A DNA stretch of 59,480 nucleotides from the sequence record SRR2962707_3147. One strand, given 5' to 3'. The translations under genes were made by a program, and so were the position numbers. Below, piece by piece: positions 20,486-30,027 of this stretch (the first letter of the stretch is position 1; every line of letters starts with the position of its first letter). The notes under the pieces were generated by a model. That model made no database searches. It was not told the DNA's origin and saw only the letters and a list, made by a program, of their open reading frames with translations.

Positions 20486-21760
20486 TCACATTTCATGTCG
20501 CAGCTTCCGCTCGTCAACAAAGCGAGGCGGCACTTCCACGAAGGCATCGGGACAATTTACGGCACCGTTGATGATACGGGCAACGATTTCGGCGATAGCC
20601 ACCATGCGTCCGGTCTTGTTGTAGAAATCGCCTTTGACCTGAATCGACGCAGCCAGCGCTCTTGTAAACTGGTCAAGCAATGCAGGATCGACCGGTGTCG
20701 GGTCGTTCCAGAAACTGTCCAACCCCTCCTGATGGGTAAGGCCCTTGACGTCATAGACGGCACTGCCCAGCACAATTGTCGGCCGTCGCGCGGCAAGGCT
20801 ATGCAGGCCAACCGTGGAATTGACGACGATGACACCGCTGACTTTCGGCAGCAAAATGTTGATATCGCCCTTGTCGATGAAGTCCACACGCTTGGCAAGA
20901 CCATAACGATCAGCAATCTGCGGAACAACTTTCTCCCACCTCTCCAGACCGTTGTCCAAAGGATGCTGCTTGATCACAAGACGCACATGTTCCGGCGCAA
21001 ATTCGGCGAATGACCGAATCACTTCCTCCAGCATTTCCGACAAATGCGCATACGGTGAGTTCGCGCGGATCTGGTAGTCGCTCTGCAACTGAAGAGCGAG
21101 CATGAAGAAAGGCGGGCTATCATTTTTCAGGTACCGCGCCGGCATGGTTTTCGGCCGCCGGAACATGCGGGGCAACCACATGACATATTCGAAGAACGGA
21201 TCGTAGTATTTGTCAGCCTGGTAGCGGGGGAAAATCAGGCGACCCAGATACGCCGCCAGATTGTAGACAACCTCATTCGAGGCCTCCTGCCAGAATTTGT
21301 GCGGGTAACGCACGACCATATCGGCCGGACCGACCTGGCTGGCGATGGTGGCTATCTGCTCAGGCTGATCGGGAAAATGTGACAGGCGCCCCATGCCACC
21401 GCGTTCCAGAGTGATCCAGTCCGGGCGCAGATATCCATTCTCAACCGCATGACACTTGACGCCGAAGCGCTTCGCTACTTCCGCTGCGACACGATGATAG
21501 GGCAGCTGATCTGCATAATAGAGAATATCGGTGATGTTCTCGCGAACAATGAAGTCACTGAGATAAGCCGACCAGGCAGACAACGGCTTTCTGAAGTTCC
21601 GGGCACCCGGCTTCTGCCAGTAAAGCCAGTCCCCGAGCGAGAAATTGACATGATGAGCCTTAACGCCTGCAGCCTCGAAGCCCTGCGCCAGCTCGCGCCA
21701 GAATATGGACGGCGGCCCTTGAAGCAACAAAACGGCAGGCTGCTGCGTTTCACTCGACAT
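20486..21760 (-). CDS. kpsS: KpsS/RkpJ/WcbO-family capsule biosynthesis protein (paralog 1)
   Basis: LLLQGP, ENGYLRPDWITLE, LQLQSDYQIRANS, KQHPLD and VNSTVG. Confidence 0.88.
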   Translation of the reverse strand: MSSETQQPAVLLLQGPPSIFWRELAQGFEAAGVKAHHVNFSLGDWLYWQKPGARNFRKPLSAWSAYLSDFIVRENITDILYYADQLPYHRVAAEVAKRFGVKCHAVENGYLRPDWITLERGGMGRLSHFPDQPEQIATIASQVGPADMVVRYPHKFWQEASNEVVYNLAAYLGRLIFPRYQADKYYDPFFEYVMWLPRMFRRPKTMPARYLKNDSPPFFMLALQLQSDYQIRANSPYAHLSEMLEEVIRSFAEFAPEHVRLVIKQHPLDNGLERWEKVVPQIADRYGLAKRVDFIDKGDINILLPKVSGVIVVNSTVGLHSLAARRPTIVLGSAVYDVKGLTHQEGLDSFWNDPTPVDPALLDQFTRALAASIQVKGDFYNKTGRMVAIAEIVARIINGAVNCPDAFVEVPPRFVDERKLRHEM

Positions 21761-22087
21761 TACGTGACACTTTCTGACCTGCCGAAGCGGCTCCGGCTCG
21801 ATGGAGCGAGAGACCTGCCCTGCATGCATTATTACGCTCTGCCGTCGGACAACCAAGGCGTTCAATAGGATTTGCGTGTGGCTGTACTCGAAAACACATC
21901 AAATTGAAATCAACCAAGTGACTAAACCACAGTCAATACGACAGCGTGACGATCAAGAATAACGAATCGTAAACAAACAAGACCGGAACCGGTCACACAG
22001 CAGGGGCCGGTGTGACACGTCTGGTTGCCACAAGCCGGCGCATGGATGATAAGGGCGCGAACAACAAGCTGACGTTTTGGAATCTTC

Positions 22088-23398
22088 ATGGCGAATACAA
22101 TCTTGTTCCTGCAGGGGCCGTCTTCACCGTACCTGAAGTATGCGGCAGACAGTCTTCAGTCAAACGGCTGGAGAGTTCACAAGTTGCATTTTTGCATGGG
22201 AGACGCCGTTCTCTGGTGGCCGAAGCCCGGCGACTGGTTCAAAAAGCCAACGACCGAGTGGCCGGCCTTCCTGAAACAGTACATTCTCGATCACGGCGTA
22301 ACGGACATGGCGATGCTCGGCGATGGCCGCACCCGCCACGCGGAAGCTCTCAAGGTCGGTCTGGCGCTCGGAATACGGATTCACGTGTTTGAGCACGGTT
22401 ATCTGCGCCCTGACTGGCTGATGATTGAAACCCGCAGCTCGACTGAAGGGACGCCCCGGCGTTCAGACGCCCTCACCGTCAAAAGCCTGACAGAAAAAGG
22501 GACGCCCGACCGATCATGGACCCAGCCGGTCTTTACCCAGAGCTTTCTGGTCTCTTCCCTGTATGACCTGGCTTTCCACGTCCCGAATGTGATTTTGGGA
22601 CGCCTGGTTCACCCTCACTACCGGACCCACGGCCCGGTTCATCCGTTTGTGGAATATGCCGGATGGGTGAAGAAGGGGCTGATTCGAAAAAGCCGCCGCC
22701 GAGACGCGCTGCATATGCAGACCCGCTATCTTGAAGAAGCTCCCGACTATTTTCTGTTCGCCTTGCAGTTGTTCGGCGATTACCAGATCCGCAACCATGC
22801 ACCGGCCGGCAGCCTTTACAAAATCGTCGATGGCGCCATCAGATCGTTTGCAAAATACGCGCCGCCCCATTGCAGGCTCCTGTTCAAAACCCACCCGCTG
22901 GACAATGGCCTGTACAACTGGTCGAGCAACATTGCGGCCGAGGCTCGCAAACATGGCATCGAAGACCGCGTCGATGTGATTGACGGGGGGGATCTCGACG
23001 CCTTGATCGACAAGTCTGTCGGCGTGGTGACGGTCAACTCCACCGTCGGGGTTACAGCGCTGCTTGCGCACAAACCGGTTCTGGCCCTGGGCCGGGCGAT
23101 TTACGATCAGCAGGGGCTGACGCATCAGTCCAGCATGCGGGATTTCTGGACCGATCCACGAGGGCCCGAGGCCGGACTTCCCGAGGCGTTCGCGGAAAAA
23201 CTGATCGAGCTTACGCATTTTCGCGGCGGATTCATCGGCAGAGCTGCGATGGAAACAGGGGGCAGGAACATGGCGGACCGAATCGAGGCCAATGCTATGA
23301 AAACCAGCCATGACGATTTCTCCGGAGCTTCAGAGTTTCGCTACGAAGACGAGCTGTTCAACCTGCCCGACCCGCAAGACAGGTCTGACCCGGCTTGA
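22088..23398 (+). CDS. kpsS: KpsS/RkpJ/WcbO-family capsule biosynthesis protein (paralog 2)
   Basis: LFLQGP, EHGYLRPDWL, LQLFGDYQIRNH, KTHPLD and VNSTVG. Confidence 0.86.
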   Translation: MANTILFLQGPSSPYLKYAADSLQSNGWRVHKLHFCMGDAVLWWPKPGDWFKKPTTEWPAFLKQYILDHGVTDMAMLGDGRTRHAEALKVGLALGIRIHVFEHGYLRPDWLMIETRSSTEGTPRRSDALTVKSLTEKGTPDRSWTQPVFTQSFLVSSLYDLAFHVPNVILGRLVHPHYRTHGPVHPFVEYAGWVKKGLIRKSRRRDALHMQTRYLEEAPDYFLFALQLFGDYQIRNHAPAGSLYKIVDGAIRSFAKYAPPHCRLLFKTHPLDNGLYNWSSNIAAEARKHGIEDRVDVIDGGDLDALIDKSVGVVTVNSTVGVTALLAHKPVLALGRAIYDQQGLTHQSSMRDFWTDPRGPEAGLPEAFAEKLIELTHFRGGFIGRAAMETGGRNMADRIEANAMKTSHDDFSGASEFRYEDELFNLPDPQDRSDPA

Positions 23399-23494
23399 AA
23401 AAAGCCCGCAAATCGTGGATTTTGTGCGCCATGCCGTAGCTTAAATTTCATTAAGGAAATTATGCAAAATTGCCACACCGGTCGGGTTCACCCC

Positions 23495-23504
23495 AAAAAA
23501 AAAA
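23495..23504 (+). repeat. A10 homopolymer upstream of the polysaccharide export gene
   Basis: cccc-aaaaaaaaaa-ggg read directly from the sequence. Confidence 0.9.
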
Positions 23505-23559
23505 GGGCATCCTTCTCGTCATTGTTAATTTAAAGCTGTAGAGAGTGTGCGAATATCGC

Positions 23560-24771
23560 ATGACTATGGTTCGGGGATCTGGTTTGAGACAATCTAGAGC
23601 AATCAAGCAGATGGCAACACTTGGACTCTGCTTGTCCCTGAGTGCATGCCAGATAGTTCCAGGCCAGGGGCCTCTTACCTCGCAGATCGTCGATAATGCT
23701 GGCCGGTCTGCGAAGGAGCTTTCCCTCCCGCACGCCACAGTCTTCGCATTGACGCAGGTGGATACGCCCATCGCGCGGCTTTTGTCACAATACCGGGCCC
23801 GGACCCTGAGCACGCGTTTCGGTTTCGGCAATGGCAAGAACTCGGCTGCCATCGGCGTCGGCGACCAGTTGAAGATCACGATTTTTGAAGCCGGCAGCGA
23901 CGGCCTGTTTTCGACAACCGACACGAAGCAGATTTCATTTGATCTGGTTGTCCAGCCAGATGGCACCGGCGCCATTCCCTATGTTGGCGACGTCCGCTTT
24001 GCCGGGCGCACCCTGGCTCAGGCGCGCGCCACAATCAAAGCAGGACTTGAAGGCAAGGCAGTCCAGCCAGATGTTATCGTGACCGCAATGGGAACTGCAT
24101 CGCGCACAGTCACCGTATCGGGAGCTGTCAATGCCGCAGGGCTCATTCCGATCAGTCTCAGTGGCGATCAGCTTGCCGAAGTCATTGCCAAGGCCGGCGG
24201 CAACAACGCCCAGCCCTACGAGACCCAGGTGACGGTCATGCGCGGCAAGAAAGTTGCCCGGGTCCTCTACAGCTCGATCATCGAGAACTCGAGCGAGAAT
24301 ATTTACATCTATCCCGGAGATCAGATTTTTCTGGCCCGTGACCCACAGACATTTACGGTCTTGGGGGAAGCCATTTCCAACAAGCGTGTCGAGTTTGGTT
24401 CGAGCAGTCTCAATCTGGCTGAAGCGGTGGCGCTTGCCGGTGGTGGTTCCGACAGTCGTGTTGATGCGAATGGTTATTTCGTGTTCCGCTTCGAACAACG
24501 CGAAGTCATCGAAGCCGTGCTTGGCAGGGACAAGTTCCAGCAGCTGCTCGCCAAGGGCATGGAGCCGGACGAGTTCAATCGCTACCCGATTGTATACCAG
24601 TTCGACATGAGCAAGGCCGACAGCCTGTTCGTTGCTCAGAATTTCCGCATCAACAGCCGCGACGTGGTCTATCTGTCGAGGCATCCGTCCGTTGATATAG
24701 CGAAATTCGTTGCGATGGTTCAGGGGCCGATTTCGGTCGCCTCGTCCATCAGCGACATTGCTACTCCCTGA
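23560..24771 (+). CDS. OPX-family polysaccharide export outer-membrane lipoprotein (Wza/WcbC/RkpU-like)
   Basis: Lipobox LSAC; PES domain IGVGDQLKITIFE...VQPDGTGAIPYVG; SLBB repeats (VTVSGAV, TVLGEA). Start uncertain. Confidence 0.88.
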   Translation: MTMVRGSGLRQSRAIKQMATLGLCLSLSACQIVPGQGPLTSQIVDNAGRSAKELSLPHATVFALTQVDTPIARLLSQYRARTLSTRFGFGNGKNSAAIGVGDQLKITIFEAGSDGLFSTTDTKQISFDLVVQPDGTGAIPYVGDVRFAGRTLAQARATIKAGLEGKAVQPDVIVTAMGTASRTVTVSGAVNAAGLIPISLSGDQLAEVIAKAGGNNAQPYETQVTVMRGKKVARVLYSSIIENSSENIYIYPGDQIFLARDPQTFTVLGEAISNKRVEFGSSSLNLAEAVALAGGGSDSRVDANGYFVFRFEQREVIEAVLGRDKFQQLLAKGMEPDEFNRYPIVYQFDMSKADSLFVAQNFRINSRDVVYLSRHPSVDIAKFVAMVQGPISVASSISDIATP

Positions 24772-25062
24772 TCACGCAGCGCAGCGGGATCGAAATCGGC
24801 TGCTTGTTGAATGCTGCGCTGTAATCAGCAAGGTGACACCGGACATGAGCCCGTGTATCGTGCCCGAAAGAGCACGGGTAAATGCTTGTGAATGATCCTG
24901 ATGATCAAACGCTTGCTCCGCAAGCTTCTCATTGCGCTGCCACCGTCAGGTTTATTGCGCATATGGGTGGTTCATCTTCCCCCTTGAGGGGGTTTGCTTT
25001 CCTCGCTTGGGTCGCACGCTTAAACAGCAGCCAGCTTCAAGCGAAATGTTGATCTTTCGGGC

Positions 25063-26706
25063 ATGAGTTTCATGCAGAACGGGATTCCTGGAATGAACAC
25101 TCAGAGTTACAATGTCTTGCTTCTCTATCCCCGCTTTACCGCAGGATCGTTCTGGAACTACGGCGCCACATGTGAACTCATCGGAGCCAAATATCCGGCG
25201 CCTCCTCTCGGATTGATCACTGTCGCGGCGATGCTGCCCGATTCCTGGAACGCCCGCCTGGTTGACCGCAACACCGATGAATTGACGGATGCCGACTTCG
25301 AATGGGCCGACATGGTGTTCACCGGCGGTATGTTGCCGCAACAGGCAGATGCCTTGAGAATGATCCGGAAGTGCAAGCAATTCGGAGTGCCTGCAGTGGT
25401 GGGCGGTCCCGATGCAACGTCGAGCCCGGAAATTTACGAAGCAGCTGAATTCCGCGTTCTCGGCGAAGCCGAAGGCATTTTTGAAAAATTTATTGAGGCC
25501 TGGGAACGGGGTGAGCGCAGTGGGACGTTTGCGGCGGAGAAGTTCAAGGCCGACGTGACAACGACGCCAATTCCCCGCTTCGACCTGCTGAACTTCAAAA
25601 ACTATGTGCAGGTCAACGTGCAGTTCTCGCGCGGGTGCCCCTTTACCTGCGAATTCTGCGATATCATCGAGCTTTACGGCCGCAGGCCACGAACAAAGAA
25701 CAATGCGCAGATGCTTGCCGAACTCGACCGGTTGTACGAACTTGGCTACCGCGGTCACGTGGACTTTGTCGATGACAACCTCATCGGCAACAAGAAGGCT
25801 GTGAAGGCCTTTCTGCCGGATCTGATCGAATGGCAGAAAAAGCACAACAATGCCTTCGAGATGTCGACCGAAGCGTCGCTTAATCTGGCGGATGACAAGG
25901 CGCTGCTGGACATGATGCAGCAGGCGCGGTTCTTCTCGGTGTTCATCGGCATCGAGAGCCCTGACCCGGATGTGCTGATCGCTGCTCAAAAGAAACAGAA
26001 TACACGTCGCGACATCGCCAAGAGCGTACACCGTATTTACGATGCGGGAATCTGGGTTCTGGCAGGCTTCATTGTCGGTTTTGATGAGGAAAACGATCAC
26101 GTCGCCAAGGAGATCTCGGCGCTGATCGAAGAGGCGGCTATCCCGGTTTCGATGGTCGGACTTCTGTTCGCCTTGCCCACAACACAGCTCACCCGCCGGC
26201 TTGAGCGGGAAGGTCGTCTTCACACAACCTTCGATACTTTCGATGAAGATACAGAAGATCACTTCGGAGATCAGTGCACGGCCGGCCTGAATTTCGAGAC
26301 CAAGCGTGACCGCGTCAAGATCCTTCAGGACTACAGGGATATTGTTGACCGGATATATGAACCGGAAGCCTATTTCCGCCGGGTCCGAAATGTCAGCGAC
26401 ATGCTCAACATGAAGGGCGAAAATGGCGCGCTTCTGGGGGCTGGATTTGGTCACGACCTGAAAATGTTCGGCAAGCTGATCTGGTCCATGACATTTACCA
26501 ACACCACCTATCGCGGCCCATTCTGGCGCACCCTGATACACACCGCGTTTCACAATTTCCGCGCGATCAAGCCGGTCATGATGATGATCGCCCTCTATGT
26601 GCATCTCGGACCCTTCTCACGCTATGTCGTCCAGCAGATAGACGCGCAGATTGCAGAAGTCGAAAGCGGAGAGTGGACCGCGCCGGAGCTGGTTGCTGCG
26701 GAATGA
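25063..26706 (+). CDS. Cobalamin-binding radical SAM protein (HpnP-related, DUF4070-type C-terminus)
   Basis: N-terminal B12 domain (PPLGLITVAA, VVGGP); RGCPFTCEFC (CxxxCxxC); FVDDNLIGN; IGIES. Confidence 0.88.
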   Translation: MSFMQNGIPGMNTQSYNVLLLYPRFTAGSFWNYGATCELIGAKYPAPPLGLITVAAMLPDSWNARLVDRNTDELTDADFEWADMVFTGGMLPQQADALRMIRKCKQFGVPAVVGGPDATSSPEIYEAAEFRVLGEAEGIFEKFIEAWERGERSGTFAAEKFKADVTTTPIPRFDLLNFKNYVQVNVQFSRGCPFTCEFCDIIELYGRRPRTKNNAQMLAELDRLYELGYRGHVDFVDDNLIGNKKAVKAFLPDLIEWQKKHNNAFEMSTEASLNLADDKALLDMMQQARFFSVFIGIESPDPDVLIAAQKKQNTRRDIAKSVHRIYDAGIWVLAGFIVGFDEENDHVAKEISALIEEAAIPVSMVGLLFALPTTQLTRRLEREGRLHTTFDTFDEDTEDHFGDQCTAGLNFETKRDRVKILQDYRDIVDRIYEPEAYFRRVRNVSDMLNMKGENGALLGAGFGHDLKMFGKLIWSMTFTNTTYRGPFWRTLIHTAFHNFRAIKPVMMMIALYVHLGPFSRYVVQQIDAQIAEVESGEWTAPELVAAE

Positions 26707-26738
26707 GGCGATCCGTTGGGTATGATGCTGCCTGGGTT

Positions 26739-26845
26739 CTAAAGCACGTTGCATTGAATTGTATTCAAGCAGTGTGCTTTAGGCTTCTGTTTTAGCGCGT
26801 GTTCTATTCCGAAAACCGTTCCCCACTTTTCGGAACACGCTTTAG
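26739..26845. repeat. RIME-like intergenic palindromic element, copy 2
   Basis: Two hairpins (ctaaagcac...gtgctttag and gcgtgttc...gaacacgc); similar to 1-92. Confidence 0.8.
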
Positions 26846-26918
26846 AGCCGTTCGATTGATCGGACCACGGCCGAGATTCATTGCCGTATTTGAGCACCCT
26901 GATTCTGCGGCCACCAAC

Positions 26919-27014
26919 GCGCGTCACATCAAACCGGTTCCGGGTGACGCGCTTTAGCTCTTTGTTTTTGCATGCCGTTATCGCAAAACCGCTCAACACA
27001 TTTGCGCGACATGC
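26919..27014. repeat. More divergent RIME-like element, copy 3
   Basis: Hairpin gcgcgtcac...gtgacgcgc, then tttag-ctctttgttttt and gcatg...cgcaaaaccg...catgc. Same two-hairpin architecture as copy 2. Confidence 0.7.
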
Positions 27015-27044
27015 ATGAATGCGGAGCTGCGTTCACGAGACCTC

Positions 27045-28076
27045 TCAGATCTGCGCCGGCGCATTGACCGTCACCGCACCAACCGGCCGCCAGATGTGCG
27101 GTTTCTTCAGGTATTTCTCCTGCGCGTCCGAAACCGCCATGAACAGCTGCAATTCGCGTCCGCGAATTCCCGGCAGGGACTTGGGGTCGAGCCCCGTCCA
27201 GGGGAGAAACGGGCTGCGGCGCATGTGCCAATGCAGTTCGCAGCGAATTGTCGGCTTGTCCGACGGGGTCCGTCCATGAAAGGCAAATGTATCGGCGACG
27301 ATCAACGTGTTGGCCCGGACGGCCATGCGCACGGGTTGGCGCAGGTTCAAGCCGGAGAGCTCTTCCGGCTGCACACGGAATGATCCACTGGCATGATGGC
27401 TATCGGGATCGGTGGCTGCGGAAAGAGAACACTGATGCTGCCAGTTGAGCCGTTCAGGCGTCAGCCGGTGGGAGCCGGGGACAAAGCAGAAGGGACCGTC
27501 CTCCTCGCTCACATCCTGGAGGAACAGCCATGCCTTTGAGGTGGCATGGAACGTGTCCGAATGGATGTTGGATTGAGGATCTTTCTGACCGGAAGGATCA
27601 ACGATCACAGTCTGGAAAAAACTGATCGGCTCGCCTCCCTGCGAGGCAGCATAGCGGATCTGGGCCAAAGCCCGCGGATCACGAAGGGCTCTGGCAACTG
27701 CGGGGTGGCGGTCAAGAACCTCGGGTGGCAATGGCACCATTCTGGTCACAGCCTGGCCCTGCCGCATCTCGCGGGCCTCGAACCGCTCTTCGAAAGCGGC
27801 CTTGCGCAGGGCTTCAAAATCCTCCTTGGGCAGAAAATCCTTCGTCAGGAAGTAGCCGTTTTCGTCAAAGGAGTTGCGGTCAGATTCCGACAAGCTCGAA
27901 GCCAGCCGTGCACGACGCATCTTTGCCATTTTGGCGGCCACCGACACACGCGTGCGATGAAGCCCCAACCGGTTCAGATACGGACTTCCAAGGATGGGGT
28001 TCTTGCGCAGTGACTTCTCCGCGCCGGCAACGCCGAGAATCCAGAACGGCAGATTGAGATATTCGAGAGCCTTCAT
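27045..28076 (-). CDS. PhyH-family Fe(II)/2-oxoglutarate dioxygenase (paralog 2)
   Basis: IHSDTFH, GPFCFVPGSH and DTFAFHGR; collinear with the 5128-6174 protein. Confidence 0.86.
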   Translation of the reverse strand: MKALEYLNLPFWILGVAGAEKSLRKNPILGSPYLNRLGLHRTRVSVAAKMAKMRRARLASSLSESDRNSFDENGYFLTKDFLPKEDFEALRKAAFEERFEAREMRQGQAVTRMVPLPPEVLDRHPAVARALRDPRALAQIRYAASQGGEPISFFQTVIVDPSGQKDPQSNIHSDTFHATSKAWLFLQDVSEEDGPFCFVPGSHRLTPERLNWQHQCSLSAATDPDSHHASGSFRVQPEELSGLNLRQPVRMAVRANTLIVADTFAFHGRTPSDKPTIRCELHWHMRRSPFLPWTGLDPKSLPGIRGRELQLFMAVSDAQEKYLKKPHIWRPVGAVTVNAPAQI

Positions 28077-28578
28077 GAATCGGCGTTCCCCGTTGGATGG
28101 ATTTCCTGAGATGGTGATGTCACTTGCAGACGTTCAACTGATCTTGTTCCCATTGCGGCGGGCTCCTGTCGCTTTAGTTGCAGCTCCAGCACGCGTCGAT
28201 GAATGTGAGCGCTTGGCAGTCATGCGCAAAGGAACCGGTCTCAGCAAGACGCCCGCATCGAATTTGCACCGCCATACCCACTTCTTGTCTTGGTGGCACC
28301 TGACTTTAGCCCTGTTGAGCGTGCGATTGTAACGTCAGAGAGCATCCGGGGTCTGCGAACCCAAATTTTCACAAGGTAATAACCCAATCGGCCGGACAGC
28401 AGTAAACCCGATTTTCAGCGCGCTCGCTTATACCGACGGCGCCACCAATAAGCTTCTCACCCGCCATTTTGATGTATGTCGCCGATTGTGCAAAGCCATA
28501 TTCGTCAATATACGATACATTTTCATTGCCTTATGCTGCCAAGTCTTTACTTCAGGGGCATCTGACAAGGAGAGCATC

Positions 28579-29454
28579 ATGAAGGGCATCATACTTGCCG
28601 GTGGCAGCGGTACGCGCCTCAATCCGATGACCCAGGCCATTTCCAAGCAAATGCTGCCGATCTACGACAAGCCGATGATCTACTACCCGCTGAGCGTGCT
28701 GATGCTCGCCGGTATTCGCGAAATTCTGGTGATTTCGACACCGCGTGACCTGCCGATGTTCCGGCATCTGCTCGGGGACGGTGCAAACTACGGCATATCC
28801 ATCGACTATGCCGAACAGGCAGCACCCAACGGCCTGGCGGAAGCCTTCATAATCGGGCGCAATTTTATCGGCACGGACAGCTGTGCGCTGGTGCTCGGAG
28901 ACAACATCTTCTACGGCGCAAATTTCTCGGCAATGTGCAACGAGGCCACCCAGCGCACCTCCGGCGCCACGGTCTTCGCCTACAATGTGCGGGATCCCGA
29001 ACGCTATGGCGTGGTGACCTTCGACCGCGAAACCGGGCAGGCACAGGATATCGAGGAAAAGCCGCAGGTTGCCAAATCAAGCTGGGCGGTGACCGGTCTT
29101 TATTTCTACGACAATGATGTTCTCGACATCGCAGCCTCGATCAAGCCATCGAAGCGTGGCGAGCTCGAAATCACCGACGTCAACCGGACCTATCTGCAGC
29201 GCGGTGACCTGTTCGTGCAGCAACTGGGGCGCGGTTTTGCCTGGCTCGACACCGGCACCCCCGACAGCATGCATGAAGCCTCGTCCTTCGTGCGCACCAT
29301 TGAGCATCGCCAGGGCATCAAGATCGCCTGCCTTGAAGAAATCGGGCTCGAAAACGGCTGGCTTGACGCAGAGCATGTGCTGAGGATTGCCACGGACATG
29401 GGAAAGACAGACTACGGCGCCTATCTGCATCGCCTGGTCGGGGATCTCGCCTGA
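28579..29454 (+). CDS. rfbA: Glucose-1-phosphate thymidylyltransferase
   Basis: [33 protein letters not shown] and WLDTGT; AAGGAG RBS. Confidence 0.97.
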   Translation: MKGIILAGGSGTRLNPMTQAISKQMLPIYDKPMIYYPLSVLMLAGIREILVISTPRDLPMFRHLLGDGANYGISIDYAEQAAPNGLAEAFIIGRNFIGTDSCALVLGDNIFYGANFSAMCNEATQRTSGATVFAYNVRDPERYGVVTFDRETGQAQDIEEKPQVAKSSWAVTGLYFYDNDVLDIAASIKPSKRGELEITDVNRTYLQRGDLFVQQLGRGFAWLDTGTPDSMHEASSFVRTIEHRQGIKIACLEEIGLENGWLDAEHVLRIATDMGKTDYGAYLHRLVGDLA

Positions 29455-30014
29455 TGCCGGTGTTTCGCGAACTCGCGATTGCGGGACTGATCGAGGTCGT
29501 GCCTGATCGCCACGGCGACGACCGCGGCTATTTTTCCGAAGTCTACAATGAAGCCCTGTGGCGCGATGGCGGCATCGACGCTGGCTTTGTCCAGGACAAC
29601 CATTCGCTCAGCCGCGAGACCGGCACCTTGCGCGGTCTGCACCTGCAGACACCGCCGATGGCACAGGCCAAGCTGGTGCGTGTCGCGCGCGGCCGGGTTT
29701 TTGATGTCGCAGTCGATGTCCGCGCCGGATCGCCGACCTTCCGGCAATGGGTCGGCATTGAGCTGAGCGCGGAAAAAGGCAATCAGCTTTATATTCCGAC
29801 CGGGTTCGCCCACGGCTTCCTGACGCTTGAGCCTGACACCGAGTTTCTCTACAAGGTATCCGCACCCTATTCCCGACCAAATGACCGGTCAATCCGGTTT
29901 GATGACCCGGCTATCGGCATCGACTGGCCGATCGAAATCAACATCGATGGCTTGTCAGCGAAGGACCGTGAGGCGGGTTTGCTGGTCGAGACCGATACAG
30001 GTTTTGTTTATTGA
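29454..30014 (+). CDS. rfbC: dTDP-4-dehydrorhamnose 3,5-epimerase
   Basis: [20 protein letters not shown] and GFAHGF. Confidence 0.97.
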   Translation: MPVFRELAIAGLIEVVPDRHGDDRGYFSEVYNEALWRDGGIDAGFVQDNHSLSRETGTLRGLHLQTPPMAQAKLVRVARGRVFDVAVDVRAGSPTFRQWVGIELSAEKGNQLYIPTGFAHGFLTLEPDTEFLYKVSAPYSRPNDRSIRFDDPAIGIDWPIEINIDGLSAKDREAGLLVETDTGFVY

Positions 30015-30027
30015 AGGATGCAGCCAT

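Noticed and set aside
20081-21013. 310-aa plus-strand ORF spanning the PKS-kpsS gap
   Set aside because: Overlaps two well-supported minus-strand genes and has no motifs.
23441-23454. TTAA-atttca-TTAA as a CtrA box
   Set aside because: The spacer is 6 nt, not 7.
24952-26604. 550-aa minus-strand ORF
   Set aside because: Antisense shadow of the radical SAM gene with no recognisable motifs.
26739-27014. CRISPR array, tRNA or IS element
   Set aside because: Only two divergent palindromic units; no regular repeat-spacer pattern, cas gene, cloverleaf or transposase.
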